A DNA stretch of 64,000 nt from Thiohalomonadales bacterium (GTDB lineage Bacteria; Pseudomonadota; Gammaproteobacteria; UBA6429; Thiohalophilaceae). The stretch spans positions 4,687 to 68,686 of the forward strand of contig JBECLA010000043.1 in assembly GCA_040235565.1 (NCBI GenBank), in the 5' to 3' direction. The notes beneath the pieces are model-generated. The model made no database searches, was not told the DNA's origin, and was given only the letters and a program-made list of their open reading frames with translations. Shown one piece after another: positions 1 to 9,937 of the stretch. The position numbers were made by a program, and so were the translations under genes. How positions within the stretch are numbered: the first letter of the stretch is position 1; every line of letters begins with the position of its first letter.

Positions 1-925
1 CAAGCTTGATGATCGAATCGATCAGGCTTGCAATATCGTCAGCCTCCTCGACAGAGCGCAGCAGTCGGTTATTCAATGCCAGAATTTCATTCCGAACCCG
101 CAATTCCGCCAACAACTTGTGATATCCGGTAGCCAGAACACCCAGTTCGTCGGTCGACATCGGCGCCAATGCCGGCGTACTCGCTGTGACGTTCGCATCG
201 TAACGGTGGATCACACCTTGTAATGGCCCCAGCGACTGGCCGAAACTGCGGACAAAAATCAAACTGCCGCCAATGGCCAGAAGCTCCAGAAATAACCAGA
301 CAACGAATGTCTCGAAGGTAAAAAATCCGGTGCGCGTCCAGTAATACTGGACAATCATGGTATCTATAAGTAACGGTACCAAGGCGCCGATCAAAAAGAC
401 CTTGGTCTTGACGGTCACATGGGCATGTTCGAATTCAATATCACGCAGGGCTCGCCCAAACAAATCAAGGATCAGAAAGAATATGGGTAAACCGACGATA
501 ATGGAAACGATCAGGGCAACAAGGTGTATACGAAACCAGTCGACAGGCTGGGCTACGTAATCAGTGAAGATTTCTGCACTGAGAATCACCGAAGCAGGTG
601 CCAATAACAGATAGACCAGGAATATGCTCCAATAGTGCAGCGGGAAGCGCCGCATGACATTAAGCACGCGGGTGATCGTTATCGATTCCGGATCAATCAA
701 CCGGGCATAAACTGGTTGCACATAGCGAGGGAAGTACCACAGCGAGAAGGCCAGCCATCCTACAACATAGAGCGGCTCCAGCGGCGTAAGCAGGATACCG
801 ATGAGTTGCTCAGGGCTGAGAATTCGAATAAAAACGATAAACAGAAGACCAAAGACCGGCGGGATGGTCCAGGTCAACAAAATCAGGCGAAAAAACCGGC
901 GTCTGAACTCATCTGCCTGTAACAT
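1..925 (-). CDS. Membrane-bound signal-transduction protein, N-terminal part (several TM helices followed by a HAMP-like linker); continues past the window start
   Basis: Hand translation of the minus strand from ATG at 925-923 stays open to position 2 (MLQADEFRRRFFRLILLTWTIPPVFGLLFIVF...STDELGVLATGYHKLLAELRVRNEILALNNRLL...IKL). Absent from the ORF track, probably because it has no stop in the window. Hydrophobic helices then an amphipathic linker are typical of sensor proteins. Confidence 0.6.
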   Translation of the reverse strand, partial: MLQADEFRRRFFRLILLTWTIPPVFGLLFIVFIRILSPEQLIGILLTPLEPLYVVGWLAFSLWYFPRYVQPVYARLIDPESITITRVLNVMRRFPLHYWSIFLVYLLLAPASVILSAEIFTDYVAQPVDWFRIHLVALIVSIIVGLPIFFLILDLFGRALRDIEFEHAHVTVKTKVFLIGALVPLLIDTMIVQYYWTRTGFFTFETFVVWLFLELLAIGGSLIFVRSFGQSLGPLQGVIHRYDANVTASTPALAPMSTDELGVLATGYHKLLAELRVRNEILALNNRLLRSVEEADDIASLIDSIIKL

Positions 926-1066
926 TTTGATTATTGATTATTTGGATAATCCAGACTTCTTTTTACCTGTATCGGCTTTCGAATGAAAGCCTTGATCCGA
1001 CAGGTTCACCACGCCAGCTCTACTGGCATAGTGATGTCTCTCTCAATTTTACTCACCTGGAATTCT

Positions 1067-1108
1067 TCACTCCACGGTTATACGTGCAAAGCGTCGCTTG
1101 CCAACCTG
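1067..1108 (-). repeat. Relic copy C of the tyrS 3-prime end (reads [14 protein letters not shown]-stop)
   Basis: Minus-strand translation matches the last residues of the intact TyrRS ([14 protein letters not shown]-stop). The DNA gcaaagcgtcgcttgccaacctg resembles gcaaaacggcgtttaccaacctg at 1355-1377. Confidence 0.6.
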
Positions 1109-1117
1109 TAAATAAAA

Positions 1118-1142
1118 GGACCGAGGTACGGGTGACGAGTGG
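1118..1142. repeat. GACGAG-rich dispersed repeat, shortened copy
   Basis: ggaccgaggtacgggtgacgagtgg resembles 1288-1317 and the units at 30206-30257 and 30355-30384. Confidence 0.5.
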
Positions 1143-1160
1143 AGAATGGCGGTACCACTG

Positions 1161-1280
1161 TCAGGTGATAGTGACCCGGGCGAAACGGCGCTTACCAACC
1201 TGTATTACACAGCTGGCACCTGCTGCAAGCTCCAGTTCAATGTCATCGATACGCTCGCCTTCTATTCGGACCGCTCCCTC
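1161..1280 (-). pseudogene. Relic copy B of the tyrS 3-prime end (S4-domain fragment, 39 codons plus stop, no start)
   Basis: Minus-strand translation is [39 protein letters not shown]-stop. The real TyrRS C-terminus is [39 protein letters not shown]-stop. Same orientation, 176 bp downstream of the real stop. Confidence 0.7.
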
Positions 1281-1287
1281 CGAAAAA

Positions 1288-1317
1288 GGGACGAGGTACG
1301 AGGGTCGAGTGACGAGG
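1288..1317. repeat. GACGAG-rich dispersed repeat, full ~30-nt copy
   Basis: The reverse complement cctcgtcactcgaccctcgtacctcgtccc matches cctcgtcactcgtccctagcaactcgtcac (30355-30384) at 25 of 30 positions, counted by hand. Confidence 0.6.
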
Positions 1318-1336
1318 AAAAGCAGCTAATGCCGAT

Positions 1337-2536
1337 TCAGGTAATGGTTACACGGGCAAAACGGCGTTTACCAACCTGGTACACATGGGTCGTGCCACTC
1401 GACACTTCCAGTCGCTGATCCGAGATCCGTTCGCCATCGATTTTGACTGCTCCTTGTTTGATCATGCGCAACGCGTCGGAAGTGCTACCGACCAGTTCTG
1501 CCTGTTTGAGCAGGTTGGCGATGGCCAGTGTACCGTCGTTGGCAGGCAGCTCAACTTCGGGCATGTCCTCGGGCATGGCCCCTTTCTGGAAGCGGGCCAC
1601 GAAGTTCTCACGCGCCTTGTCGGCCGCCTCGGCGGAATGGAAGCGCGCCACAATCTCCTCACCCAGCAGAAACTTGATATCGCGCGGATTCTTGCCGGCG
1701 GCGATGTCCTGGCGAAATTGTTCGATCTCCGCCATGGGCCGGAAACTGAGTAACTCGAAATAACGCCACATCAAATCATCGGAAATGGACATGATTTTGC
1801 CGAACATCTCGTCGGGGGCTTCACTGATACCGATATAGTTATTTAGCGATTTAGACATCTTCTGCACACCATCCAGGCCTTCCAGGATTGGCATGGTGAT
1901 GACGGTCTGGGGCGATTGGCCATAATGTTTTTGTAACTCCCGCCCAACCAGCAAGTTGAATTTTTGATCCGTACCACCAAGCTCGACGTCAGCTTTCATG
2001 GCAACCGAGTCATAACCCTGGATCAAGGGATAGAGAAACTCATGGATGGATATCGATTGGCCTGCCTGGTAACGCTTGCTGAAATCATCCCGTTCCAGCA
2101 TACGCGCGACCGTATGCTTGGCGGCCAGTTCAATCAACTCTGCTGAACTCATGTCATTCATCCAGCTGGAATTAAACATCACCAGGGTTTTTTCCGGATC
2201 CAGGATTTTGAAGATCTGTTGTTCGTAGGTGCGTGCATTTTCAATCACTTCATCACGCGTTAACGGTGGCCGTGTTGCACTCTTGCCGGTGGGGTCGCCG
2301 ATCATGCCGGTGAAGTCACCGATCAGAAACAAGACTTCATGTCCCAGGTCCTGGAATTGACGAAGTTTATTAATCAGCACCGTGTGACCGAGATGCAGAT
2401 CGGGTGCGGTGGGATCGAAGCCCGCCTTGATCCGTAGTGACCGTCCGCTTTTAAGCTTGTCGAGTAACTCGCTTTCGATCAGGATCTCCTCACTGCCCCG
2501 CTTGATCAAATCCAAGGCGTCGGTCACGGCACTCAT
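1337..2536 (-). CDS. tyrS: Tyrosine--tRNA ligase (399 aa, with C-terminal S4 domain)
   Basis: HIGH-type motif (DLHLGH), KMSKS motif, and a C-terminal S4-like RNA-binding region; length typical of the family. Confidence 0.97.
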   Translation of the reverse strand: MSAVTDALDLIKRGSEEILIESELLDKLKSGRSLRIKAGFDPTAPDLHLGHTVLINKLRQFQDLGHEVLFLIGDFTGMIGDPTGKSATRPPLTRDEVIENARTYEQQIFKILDPEKTLVMFNSSWMNDMSSAELIELAAKHTVARMLERDDFSKRYQAGQSISIHEFLYPLIQGYDSVAMKADVELGGTDQKFNLLVGRELQKHYGQSPQTVITMPILEGLDGVQKMSKSLNNYIGISEAPDEMFGKIMSISDDLMWRYFELLSFRPMAEIEQFRQDIAAGKNPRDIKFLLGEEIVARFHSAEAADKARENFVARFQKGAMPEDMPEVELPANDGTLAIANLLKQAELVGSTSDALRMIKQGAVKIDGERISDQRLEVSSGTTHVYQVGKRRFARVTIT

Positions 2537-2684
2537 TGCAACTCCCCTGCTAAAAAAGGCGCTAGATTATCATACTTGCCCAACAGGACGTGGATCCGGT
2601 CTGACACATAAATTCATGATAGGATTTGACGCCGGGCGTGAATCGAGCTATCTTTTCTGAAAACTTAAAAATCTAAGAATTTCC

Positions 2685-4094
2685 GTGGATTACAATTCTT
2701 TCTTAACACGAGACTACAAGTCTCTTATCGAATCACCACGCCAGGCGAAAAAACCGCGCTGGACCCGCCTGCATATGTTGCTGCTGGTCGCCGTGATTGT
2801 AGTCGCCGGGACGGTGCTGTCACTGTTATCCGGTGAAGCCGCCGCCTCTCGCAGCGCGACAAAAACGGTCTTGATACCGAAGAATCAACAAGAGAAACAA
2901 GAAGTTACCATCCCCCTGGACTTTCCGGCACTGCAACAAAACGAGGTGCCGACGGTAACCCCGGTAAATGAAGAGGCTGAAGGACCCGAGCTACCCTGGA
3001 GCACGGTGAAGGTCAAACGTGGGGATGCCCTGGCGATGATCTTTAAACGTCAGAATCTCAGCCCCCTGGACCTCCACAACATCATGGCCCTGGGTAAAAT
3101 CAGCGCCACTTTGAAATCTCTCCGTCCGGATCAGGTTTTTCGCTTCCAGCTTGATGAATCCGGTCAACTCAAGGCACTTGAATATGAAATAAACCAGCTG
3201 GAATCACTCCTGGTTTCCCGCCTGCCAGATGGAAAATTTGAGGCCCGCGCCATTCAACACACCCTGGAGAAGCGCATCGGGTATCGTGCCGGCAGTATCC
3301 AATCCTCGTTGTTCGAAGCCGGTAAAACCGCCGGCATGACTGACGCTCTCATCATGGAGCTGGTAGGGATCTTCGGCTGGGACATCGATTTTGCGCTGGA
3401 TATCCGCAATGGGGATAATTTTGCCTTGCTCTATGAGGAGCAGTTTCTGGAAGGTGAAAAAGTCAAGGACGGCCCCATCGTCGCGGCCGAATTTACCAGC
3501 CAGGGACGCACCTATCGCGCCGTGCGTTATACCGACGCCAAGGGGCGTACAGACTATTACACCCCGGATGGCCGTTCCATGCGGAAAGCCTTCCTCCGCA
3601 CACCGGTGGATTTCCGTCGCATCAGCTCACGCTTTGGCAAACGGCATCATCCCACGCTCAACAGGATGAAAATGCACAAAGGGGTGGATTATGCCGCCAG
3701 CCGCGGGACCCCCATCAAGGCCGCCGGTGACGGCAAAATCAGTTTCCGCGGTCGCAAGGGCGGCTATGGTCGCGTGGTCATCATTCAACACGGTGGCCGC
3801 TACAGCACCCTCTATGCGCACATGCACCGTTTCAAAAAAGGCCTGTATGTCGGCAAACGGGTCAAACAGGGCGACATTATCGGTTATGTAGGCAGTACCG
3901 GTCGCGCCACCGGCCCGCATTTACACTATGAATTCCGCGTCAATGGTAGCCATCGCAATCCCTTGACGGTCAAGTTGCCTGATGCGGCACCGATCGAGCG
4001 CGAATACCGTCAGGATTTCGAACTCAAAACCCGCGGTTTATTGAGCCAGCTCGAGATGCACACCCGCACCCGGGTGGCGCTGAACAATAACTAG
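2685..4094 (+). CDS. M23-family murein endopeptidase with N-terminal membrane anchor (MepM/YebA-like)
   Basis: GTG start and an N-terminal TM helix. C-terminal M23 signatures HxxxD (HKGVDYAA) and HLHYE. The neighbourhood tyrS / M23 peptidase / anmK is common in gammaproteobacteria. Confidence 0.9.
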   Translation: MDYNSFLTRDYKSLIESPRQAKKPRWTRLHMLLLVAVIVVAGTVLSLLSGEAAASRSATKTVLIPKNQQEKQEVTIPLDFPALQQNEVPTVTPVNEEAEGPELPWSTVKVKRGDALAMIFKRQNLSPLDLHNIMALGKISATLKSLRPDQVFRFQLDESGQLKALEYEINQLESLLVSRLPDGKFEARAIQHTLEKRIGYRAGSIQSSLFEAGKTAGMTDALIMELVGIFGWDIDFALDIRNGDNFALLYEEQFLEGEKVKDGPIVAAEFTSQGRTYRAVRYTDAKGRTDYYTPDGRSMRKAFLRTPVDFRRISSRFGKRHHPTLNRMKMHKGVDYAASRGTPIKAAGDGKISFRGRKGGYGRVVIIQHGGRYSTLYAHMHRFKKGLYVGKRVKQGDIIGYVGSTGRATGPHLHYEFRVNGSHRNPLTVKLPDAAPIEREYRQDFELKTRGLLSQLEMHTRTRVALNNN

Positions 4095-4110
4095 TCCCTC
4101 AGCCCAAACC

Positions 4111-5259
4111 GTGGCGCCGGCAATACCAGAGAGATATATCGGACTGATGTCCGGTTCCAGCCTTGACGGCATCGATGCGGTACTGGTGTCGTTTGACGCG
4201 TCTTTCCCGCAGTTGGAGGCGAAGCTGGTTCACCCCCTTGAACCGCAATTGATCGATGCCCTGGACGCCCTCACCCGACCGGGGGCCGATGAGCTTGATC
4301 GCCTGTGTCGTGCCGACGTCATCCTGGGAGAATGTTTTGCCACTGCCGCCAAAAACTTGCTGGCACAGGCCAAAATAGACGCTGCTGCAATCCATGCCAT
4401 CGGCAGCCATGGTCAGACTGTGCGCCATTATCCGGACACCCGCACCCCCACCACTTTACAGATCGGCGATCCTAACATCATTGCCGAACGCACCGGCATT
4501 ACCACCGTGGCTGACTTTCGGCGTCGTGATATGGCAGCCGGAGGCCAGGGTGCCCCCCTGGTACCGGCCTTTCACCAGGCGGTATTGTATGACCCCGATC
4601 ACCACCGGGTGATCGTGAATATCGGCGGCATCGCCAACCTGACGCTGTTACCGGCGAATCCTGACATCGGCGTCACCGGCTTCGATACCGGCCCCGGGAA
4701 TGCCCTGCTGGATGCCTGGATCAAACGGCATCGTCATGAAGCCTATGATCAGCACGGCGAATGGGCCGCCAGTGGCAAGGTGCATCCGGAATTGCTCACT
4801 GCGTTGCTGGGGGAACCCTATTTTTTTCTCCCGGCCCCCAAGAGCAGCGGGCGCGACATGTTTAACCTCGAATGGCTGACCAATTGCTGGCCCACCGTGG
4901 CGGAACTCCCGCCTGCCGATGTCCAGGCCACGCTGCTTGAGCTGACCGCTGTGACAATCACTGACGCCATTCAACAGGCACAACCCAGTCCGGAGCAGGT
5001 GCTGGTGTGTGGCGGCGGAGTGCATAATATTGCCTTGCTACAACGCCTGAACACCCTGCTACCCGCTCAACAGGTCTTGTCGACCAGAGATGTGGGACTC
5101 GAGCCTGACTGGATTGAAGCGATGGCTTTTGCCTGGCTTGCCCGACAAACGCGGCGACACCAGGCAGGGAACCTGCCGACCGTTACCGGAGCAAGCCATG
5201 CTGTTGTGCTCGGCGGTATTTACCCGGGCAACCTACAAACTGCAGAGCACTCCGGGTAA
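4111..5259 (+). CDS. anmK: Anhydro-N-acetylmuramic acid kinase
   Basis: N-terminal YIGLMSGSSLDGIDAVL motif characteristic of AnmK; length ~380 aa; GTG start. Confidence 0.92.
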   Translation: MAPAIPERYIGLMSGSSLDGIDAVLVSFDASFPQLEAKLVHPLEPQLIDALDALTRPGADELDRLCRADVILGECFATAAKNLLAQAKIDAAAIHAIGSHGQTVRHYPDTRTPTTLQIGDPNIIAERTGITTVADFRRRDMAAGGQGAPLVPAFHQAVLYDPDHHRVIVNIGGIANLTLLPANPDIGVTGFDTGPGNALLDAWIKRHRHEAYDQHGEWAASGKVHPELLTALLGEPYFFLPAPKSSGRDMFNLEWLTNCWPTVAELPPADVQATLLELTAVTITDAIQQAQPSPEQVLVCGGGVHNIALLQRLNTLLPAQQVLSTRDVGLEPDWIEAMAFAWLARQTRRHQAGNLPTVTGASHAVVLGGIYPGNLQTAEHSG

Positions 5260-5287
5260 GTTTCACTCCACCCGTGTAGCCGCGGGG

Positions 5288-6946
5288 TTAGACAGCGAGT
5301 CTGGATTCTTCCAGGACTTCAGCCGTTTGTGACTCATCGTAGTAAATGTAACCCAGGCGGTTTTTCTTGGCGTAGTACATCGCCACATCCGCCTTGCGCA
5401 TCAAGGTGTGCATATCATCGCCGTCATCGGGAAACACCACGATACCGATGCTGATCCCGATACTGAAACGATGTTCCTCGAGGGTAAACGGTTCTTGCAT
5501 TGCATCACTGAGTTTACGCGCCACCGTCTCCGCCTGTGCCCGGGTTTTGGCATCGGGCAAAATGGCGGCGAATTCATCTCCCCCCAGACGGGCTACCATG
5601 TCTTTTTCAAACGCCGAGCGGGAAGCGGAATCCAGACGTGTCACCATATCGGAGTCTCGCAATACGTCCTGCATGCGGGTACTCACCTGTTGTAACAGTT
5701 GATCGCCAATATGATGACCGAGGGTGTCATTCACCGTTTTGAATTTATCCAGGTCCATCAACAAAAAGCCGAAACTGGACTGACCTTCCCGTTGGTTATT
5801 GGTAAAGCCTTCCAGGCGTTGATGCAGTTGATAACGGTTAGGTAAGCGCGTCAAGGCATCGGTAAAGGCCAGCTCTTCCAGTTTGAGGTACATGGCCTTT
5901 AGCTTCTTGGTCATGTCATTAAATCCGGTGGTCAGCTCCGTGATTTCGCTGGTGCCTCTGACCTCGAGCTGGCGGCCGATTTCAGCCTGATCCGCCTGCA
6001 CGCGCTGTAACTGCCGGGTCAGGCGACGCAAAGGAGATACCGTCGTGCGGCGGATTATCCACCAGGCAATCAAGATAGCCAGCAGCGTTGCCACACAAGC
6101 GAGGAGCATGACAATCAGGCGGGTTTGCGATAATTCGGATGTTAAACGACTCGATTGATGTGCCATCGCAATATGCAGGCCGGGCTCACCGCTGCTTGTC
6201 TTGACGGTCAGGCTTGCCATATCACCCTCGTCCAACAGCAAGGCCTCTTTCGGCCATTGGGCGGATTGATGACTTGATTCACCGTTCGGACCGGTGACCC
6301 GCAGTGGCAAGCCGAGACTCTGCTCCATTTTAATCAGGCTGTCGAGGGGATCGACGACCACCACCAGATAGCCGGTCAGGCTGTAGCCACCAATTGGCAT
6401 TAAGGTTGTTCGGAATAGTTTTTGTTCAATCAGGCACAGTTCGGAAATGATCCGGGTACTTTGCAAGCCGGTACGCAATCGGGCTCGGCTCAGCACCTCA
6501 CCGCAAACGAAATAAGGTAAATCTTCCGCCCCCCCCTGTGAGGCTTCGGCTCTGATATTGAAATTCCGGCTGTAGACAGTGAAATTGATAATGTTCAAAT
6601 CATCAACCTGCTGTCTCAAATCACTCAGACGTTGTTGCAGGATTTGCGTTAACTTGCGGTTATCCCGCTGCTGAAATGCACTGCGAAATCCATCACTATT
6701 CAGGAGCGCTGCACCCTGATTCCGGGATTCGATTTCCATCTCACTCAGGCGGGCATGCACCTTCAACTGCACCAGTTCCTGCAATGCCTGTTGTTGACTC
6801 CCCAGCGTCATGCTGTGATACAGCGAACTGCTGACCAATGCCAGAACCACACCGACCACCCCCATGAACAGGATGGTCATTTCCAGAATCATATTGATGG
6901 TAATGGGAAACTTTTTCACGCCGCGATCTGATTTTGCTGTCTGCAA
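5288..6946 (-). CDS. Membrane sensor diguanylate cyclase (periplasmic domain, HAMP, GGDEF)
   Basis: Two TM segments flank a ~250-aa region, followed by a HAMP-like linker. The GGDEF domain has the intact motif RLGGDEFAAIL. Confidence 0.85.
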   Translation of the reverse strand: MQTAKSDRGVKKFPITINMILEMTILFMGVVGVVLALVSSSLYHSMTLGSQQQALQELVQLKVHARLSEMEIESRNQGAALLNSDGFRSAFQQRDNRKLTQILQQRLSDLRQQVDDLNIINFTVYSRNFNIRAEASQGGAEDLPYFVCGEVLSRARLRTGLQSTRIISELCLIEQKLFRTTLMPIGGYSLTGYLVVVVDPLDSLIKMEQSLGLPLRVTGPNGESSHQSAQWPKEALLLDEGDMASLTVKTSSGEPGLHIAMAHQSSRLTSELSQTRLIVMLLACVATLLAILIAWWIIRRTTVSPLRRLTRQLQRVQADQAEIGRQLEVRGTSEITELTTGFNDMTKKLKAMYLKLEELAFTDALTRLPNRYQLHQRLEGFTNNQREGQSSFGFLLMDLDKFKTVNDTLGHHIGDQLLQQVSTRMQDVLRDSDMVTRLDSASRSAFEKDMVARLGGDEFAAILPDAKTRAQAETVARKLSDAMQEPFTLEEHRFSIGISIGIVVFPDDGDDMHTLMRKADVAMYYAKKNRLGYIYYDESQTAEVLEESRLAV

Positions 6947-7071
6947 TTATCAGTATCGGTCCCCCGGCCGCGTGGCTTTAACCGGCCTGGGCTGCACGTC
7001 AGAAAACGGGCCGATCCTGGTGTGGGTCGGCCCGAATTATTACAGCAATTTCACAACTTGCGGCTGAGAAT

Positions 7072-8232
7072 TCAGCGTTTTTCGATTGGAACGTATTTGC
7101 GCCTGGGTTCGCCGGTATATACCTGGGTGGGGCGGAAAATACGGTTATCCGCCAACTGTTCGCGCCAATGGGCCAACCAGCCGGCGGAACGGGCAATGGC
7201 AAATATCGTCGTAAATTGATCTGCCGGAATGCCCATCTCCGAATACAACAGGCCGGAATAGAAGTCGACATTGGCATAGACACCTTTTTTGGCAAGCCGA
7301 TCTTCACACACGGCCTCGACGGCCTTGGCTACCTCAAACAGCGGGTTGATATCCCCACCGCGCGCTTGCATAAATTCATCCATCAAGCCTTGCAGGATAG
7401 TGGCACGGGGATCCTTGGTAGAATATTCGCGGTGTCCCATCCCCCAGATGACTTCCTTGTTGGCCAGACGTTGATCAACATACTCCTCGGCCTTGTCGGG
7501 TGAGCCAATCTCTTCCAGCATATGCACAACTTTCTGGTTCGCGCCCCCATGCAATGGTCCTGACAACGCACCGATGGCGGCGCCAATGACACCGTAAGGA
7601 TTTGCTAACGTCGAGGCATTTACCAACACAGCGAAGGTAGAAGCATTAATCGTGTGCTCGGCATGTAATATCAGACAGACATCCATGATCCGCGCCAGCA
7701 GGGGATCCGGTTCCCGTCCCGTAAACATATAAAGAAAGTTTTCCGCGTACCCCAGGTCATCGCGTGGTGACACCGGATCATAGCCGTTGCGAATGTGCTC
7801 CCACATGGCAACGATACAGGCAATCCGGGCGATGATCTTGACCGTGGTATTGTGGATATAGTTCAGATCGGTACAGGCTTCCTCCCCCGTAAGGCATTCG
7901 CTGCCCGGATAAAACATGCTGAGGCTCGATACCACAGTCTGCAGCATTTCCATGGGGTGGCCGGATGGTGGCAGGTTCTTCATCATGCCACGGGTATGAA
8001 ACTTGATTTGTCGGTTCTCGACCAGCTGGCGGTGAAAATCATTTAATTCCGGTTTCGTTGGCAGTCGGCCATCCAGCAGCAACAGGGCGGTTTCTTCAAA
8101 GCTGCTGGATTTTGCGAGTTCCTCAATAGGGTAGCCGCGATAAGACAAAATGCCTTTCTCGCCATCGATATCAGAGATGTTCGATTTGGTTGCCGGTACG
8201 CCGGCCAACCCCGGCAGGTATTCGCTCATCAT
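7072..8232 (-). CDS. Citrate synthase family protein (short ~386-aa type; citrate or 2-methylcitrate synthase)
   Basis: Family motifs seen: ILSYRGYPIEELA, GPLHGGAN, MGHREY. The citrate versus methylcitrate subtype cannot be decided by eye. Confidence 0.85.
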   Translation of the reverse strand: MMSEYLPGLAGVPATKSNISDIDGEKGILSYRGYPIEELAKSSSFEETALLLLDGRLPTKPELNDFHRQLVENRQIKFHTRGMMKNLPPSGHPMEMLQTVVSSLSMFYPGSECLTGEEACTDLNYIHNTTVKIIARIACIVAMWEHIRNGYDPVSPRDDLGYAENFLYMFTGREPDPLLARIMDVCLILHAEHTINASTFAVLVNASTLANPYGVIGAAIGALSGPLHGGANQKVVHMLEEIGSPDKAEEYVDQRLANKEVIWGMGHREYSTKDPRATILQGLMDEFMQARGGDINPLFEVAKAVEAVCEDRLAKKGVYANVDFYSGLLYSEMGIPADQFTTIFAIARSAGWLAHWREQLADNRIFRPTQVYTGEPRRKYVPIEKR

Positions 8233-8327
8233 CCGCCCCTTGGTATTTGTCCGGAATGCATAAACCGGATCACATGATTACTTTTGGCAAAAATAGAAAG
8301 GCACACGGCTCGCCGTCTCCAAGCAAA

Positions 8328-8354
8328 CAGGGATGACACAATGTGTCATCCCTG
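8328..8354 (-). terminator. Hairpin downstream of erpA (possible intrinsic terminator)
   Basis: Near-perfect palindrome cagggatgacaca-at-gtgtcatccctg, followed on the minus strand by tttgctt. The T-tract is weak. Confidence 0.45.
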
Positions 8355-8383
8355 AGAACAGAGTTTACTCGAAAACGGGGCGG

Positions 8384-8734
8384 TCAGACAGAGAAGGATG
8401 AGCCGCAGCCACAGGTTGTGGTGGCATTGGGATTGCGGATCACAAACTGGGAGCCGGACAGGTCTTCCTTATAGTCGATTTCCGCGCCCGTCAGGTACTG
8501 ATAACTCATGGGGTCAACCAGCAGCGTCACACCACCGTTTTCCACCTTGGTATCACCATCCTGGACAGTTTCATCAAAGGTAAAACCGTACTGGAAACCC
8601 GAGCAGCCACCACCCGTGACAAAAACCCGTAACATCAGGTTTTCGTTACCTTCTTCCTCAATCAGCTGCTTGACCTTGTGGGCTGCGCTGTCGGTAAAAA
8701 TCAGTGGACTCACAGTTTCTGTCGCCGTGTTCAT
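8384..8734 (-). CDS. erpA: Iron-sulfur cluster insertion protein ErpA (A-type carrier)
   Basis: C-terminal CGCGSSF motif plus the conserved Cys in [10 protein letters not shown] chose the ATG at 8734, which has GGAG 7 nt upstream, over the longer track ORF. Confidence 0.9.
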   Translation of the reverse strand: MNTATETVSPLIFTDSAAHKVKQLIEEEGNENLMLRVFVTGGGCSGFQYGFTFDETVQDGDTKVENGGVTLLVDPMSYQYLTGAEIDYKEDLSGSQFVIRNPNATTTCGCGSSFSV

Positions 8735-8800
8735 GATACAACTCCGAAAAATCAATTCGTTACCGGAATCGGATGATTATCCAATTTCCGAGTGTTTTAG

Positions 8801-9217
8801 TCAAGAATCGCCACTCAGCGGTTCCTTTTCCTGGGACAATTTCACCACCTTGTCTTCCGGCCGATGCACCAGATTCCCGTTGACTTCCGCACCCATGGCC
8901 ATCTCGATCAGGCTGTAATAAACATTGCCGTCGACTTTGGCATGGGAGGCCAGTTCCACATGACCACTGGCGTGGACATCACCAATAATAGTCCCATTAA
9001 TGACAACATTGGGGACTTTTACCTCACCTTCAATGGTACCGCGTTCGCTCAACGTCAGCACTGAGTCGTTACCCTGCTCGGATAACACGGCCCCCTTGAT
9101 GACGCCGTCCACGTGCAGCCCCCCGGTGAAGACCACATCGCCATGGATCTCGGTTTTCTGGCCGATCAGCGAATCAATCTGCGCTGTCTGTTTGGGTTTT
9201 TTCTGTTTACTCCACAT
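8801..9217 (-). CDS. Bactofilin-family polymer-forming cytoskeletal protein
   Basis: Repetitive beta-helix pattern (IHGDVVFTGGLHVDGVIKGAV..., IEGEVKVPNVVINGTIIGDV..., VDGNVYY). The ATG at 9217 has GAGGAG upstream. Confidence 0.8.
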   Translation of the reverse strand: MWSKQKKPKQTAQIDSLIGQKTEIHGDVVFTGGLHVDGVIKGAVLSEQGNDSVLTLSERGTIEGEVKVPNVVINGTIIGDVHASGHVELASHAKVDGNVYYSLIEMAMGAEVNGNLVHRPEDKVVKLSQEKEPLSGDS

Positions 9218-9929
9218 TTTGCTGATTCTCCTCAGTTGGCCAATCAATCGTTTTTTCAATCATGTCTGCTTGCCGACCGCCGGGCAGGATTTGTGCTGTC
9301 GCCCGCATGGGCTTGAAACCCTTTGGCAGGATCAAATCACCTTCCAGGTTCTGAAAATACTTAAAGCGGTAGTCCAGTTCCTTGACCGAATTCTCGCTCA
9401 GCGCGGCCAGTTCCAGTGTTTTCAGGGCATTACCCTCTAATCCTTCGATAAAAAGCTTTACCCGACCCCGCGCCAGCCGGTCATTTTTCAGCACCTGGGT
9501 CAGCACCACGGTATAGCGATAACTCCGTAAGCCATTGGATTGCAGACTAAACCGCTGTAGCCGCAAGCCGCGGGAGGCGTCCCGTGGGGAGACGATGCCG
9601 CGATAAAATGCCAGTTCTTCCTTTAATTCGAGGATCTCGCCTTCCAGCACTTTCAGATTGGTATCAAGTTCATTGTAGGCCTTGCGTTCGATCTGCGCGG
9701 CCCGTTCCAACTGGGCTTTCTGCTCCCTGAGCGCCTCGATTTGCTCGTACAACTCATCTGTCAGCGCCACCAGGCGGAGCCGTTCCAGGTCTGACTCATG
9801 ACTGTCGTAGCCTGCTTGATATCGGCCATAATCGAACAAACTCCAGCCTGCGACGCCCAGCGCGAGTAATCCCAGCAGTATCAATACCCGGGTTTTCCAG
9901 GGATTATGGGGTTTGACCTTAAGCTGCAT
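9207..9929 (-). CDS. Hypothetical membrane-anchored coiled-coil protein
   Basis: N-terminal TM helix (VLILLGLLALGVAGWSLF), then heptad-like ELYEQIEALREQKAQLERAAQIERKAYNELD. Overlaps the bactofilin start by 11 nt, so the two are probably co-translated. Confidence 0.6.
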   Translation of the reverse strand: MQLKVKPHNPWKTRVLILLGLLALGVAGWSLFDYGRYQAGYDSHESDLERLRLVALTDELYEQIEALREQKAQLERAAQIERKAYNELDTNLKVLEGEILELKEELAFYRGIVSPRDASRGLRLQRFSLQSNGLRSYRYTVVLTQVLKNDRLARGRVKLFIEGLEGNALKTLELAALSENSVKELDYRFKYFQNLEGDLILPKGFKPMRATAQILPGGRQADMIEKTIDWPTEENQQNVE

Positions 9930-9937
9930 GATATTTC

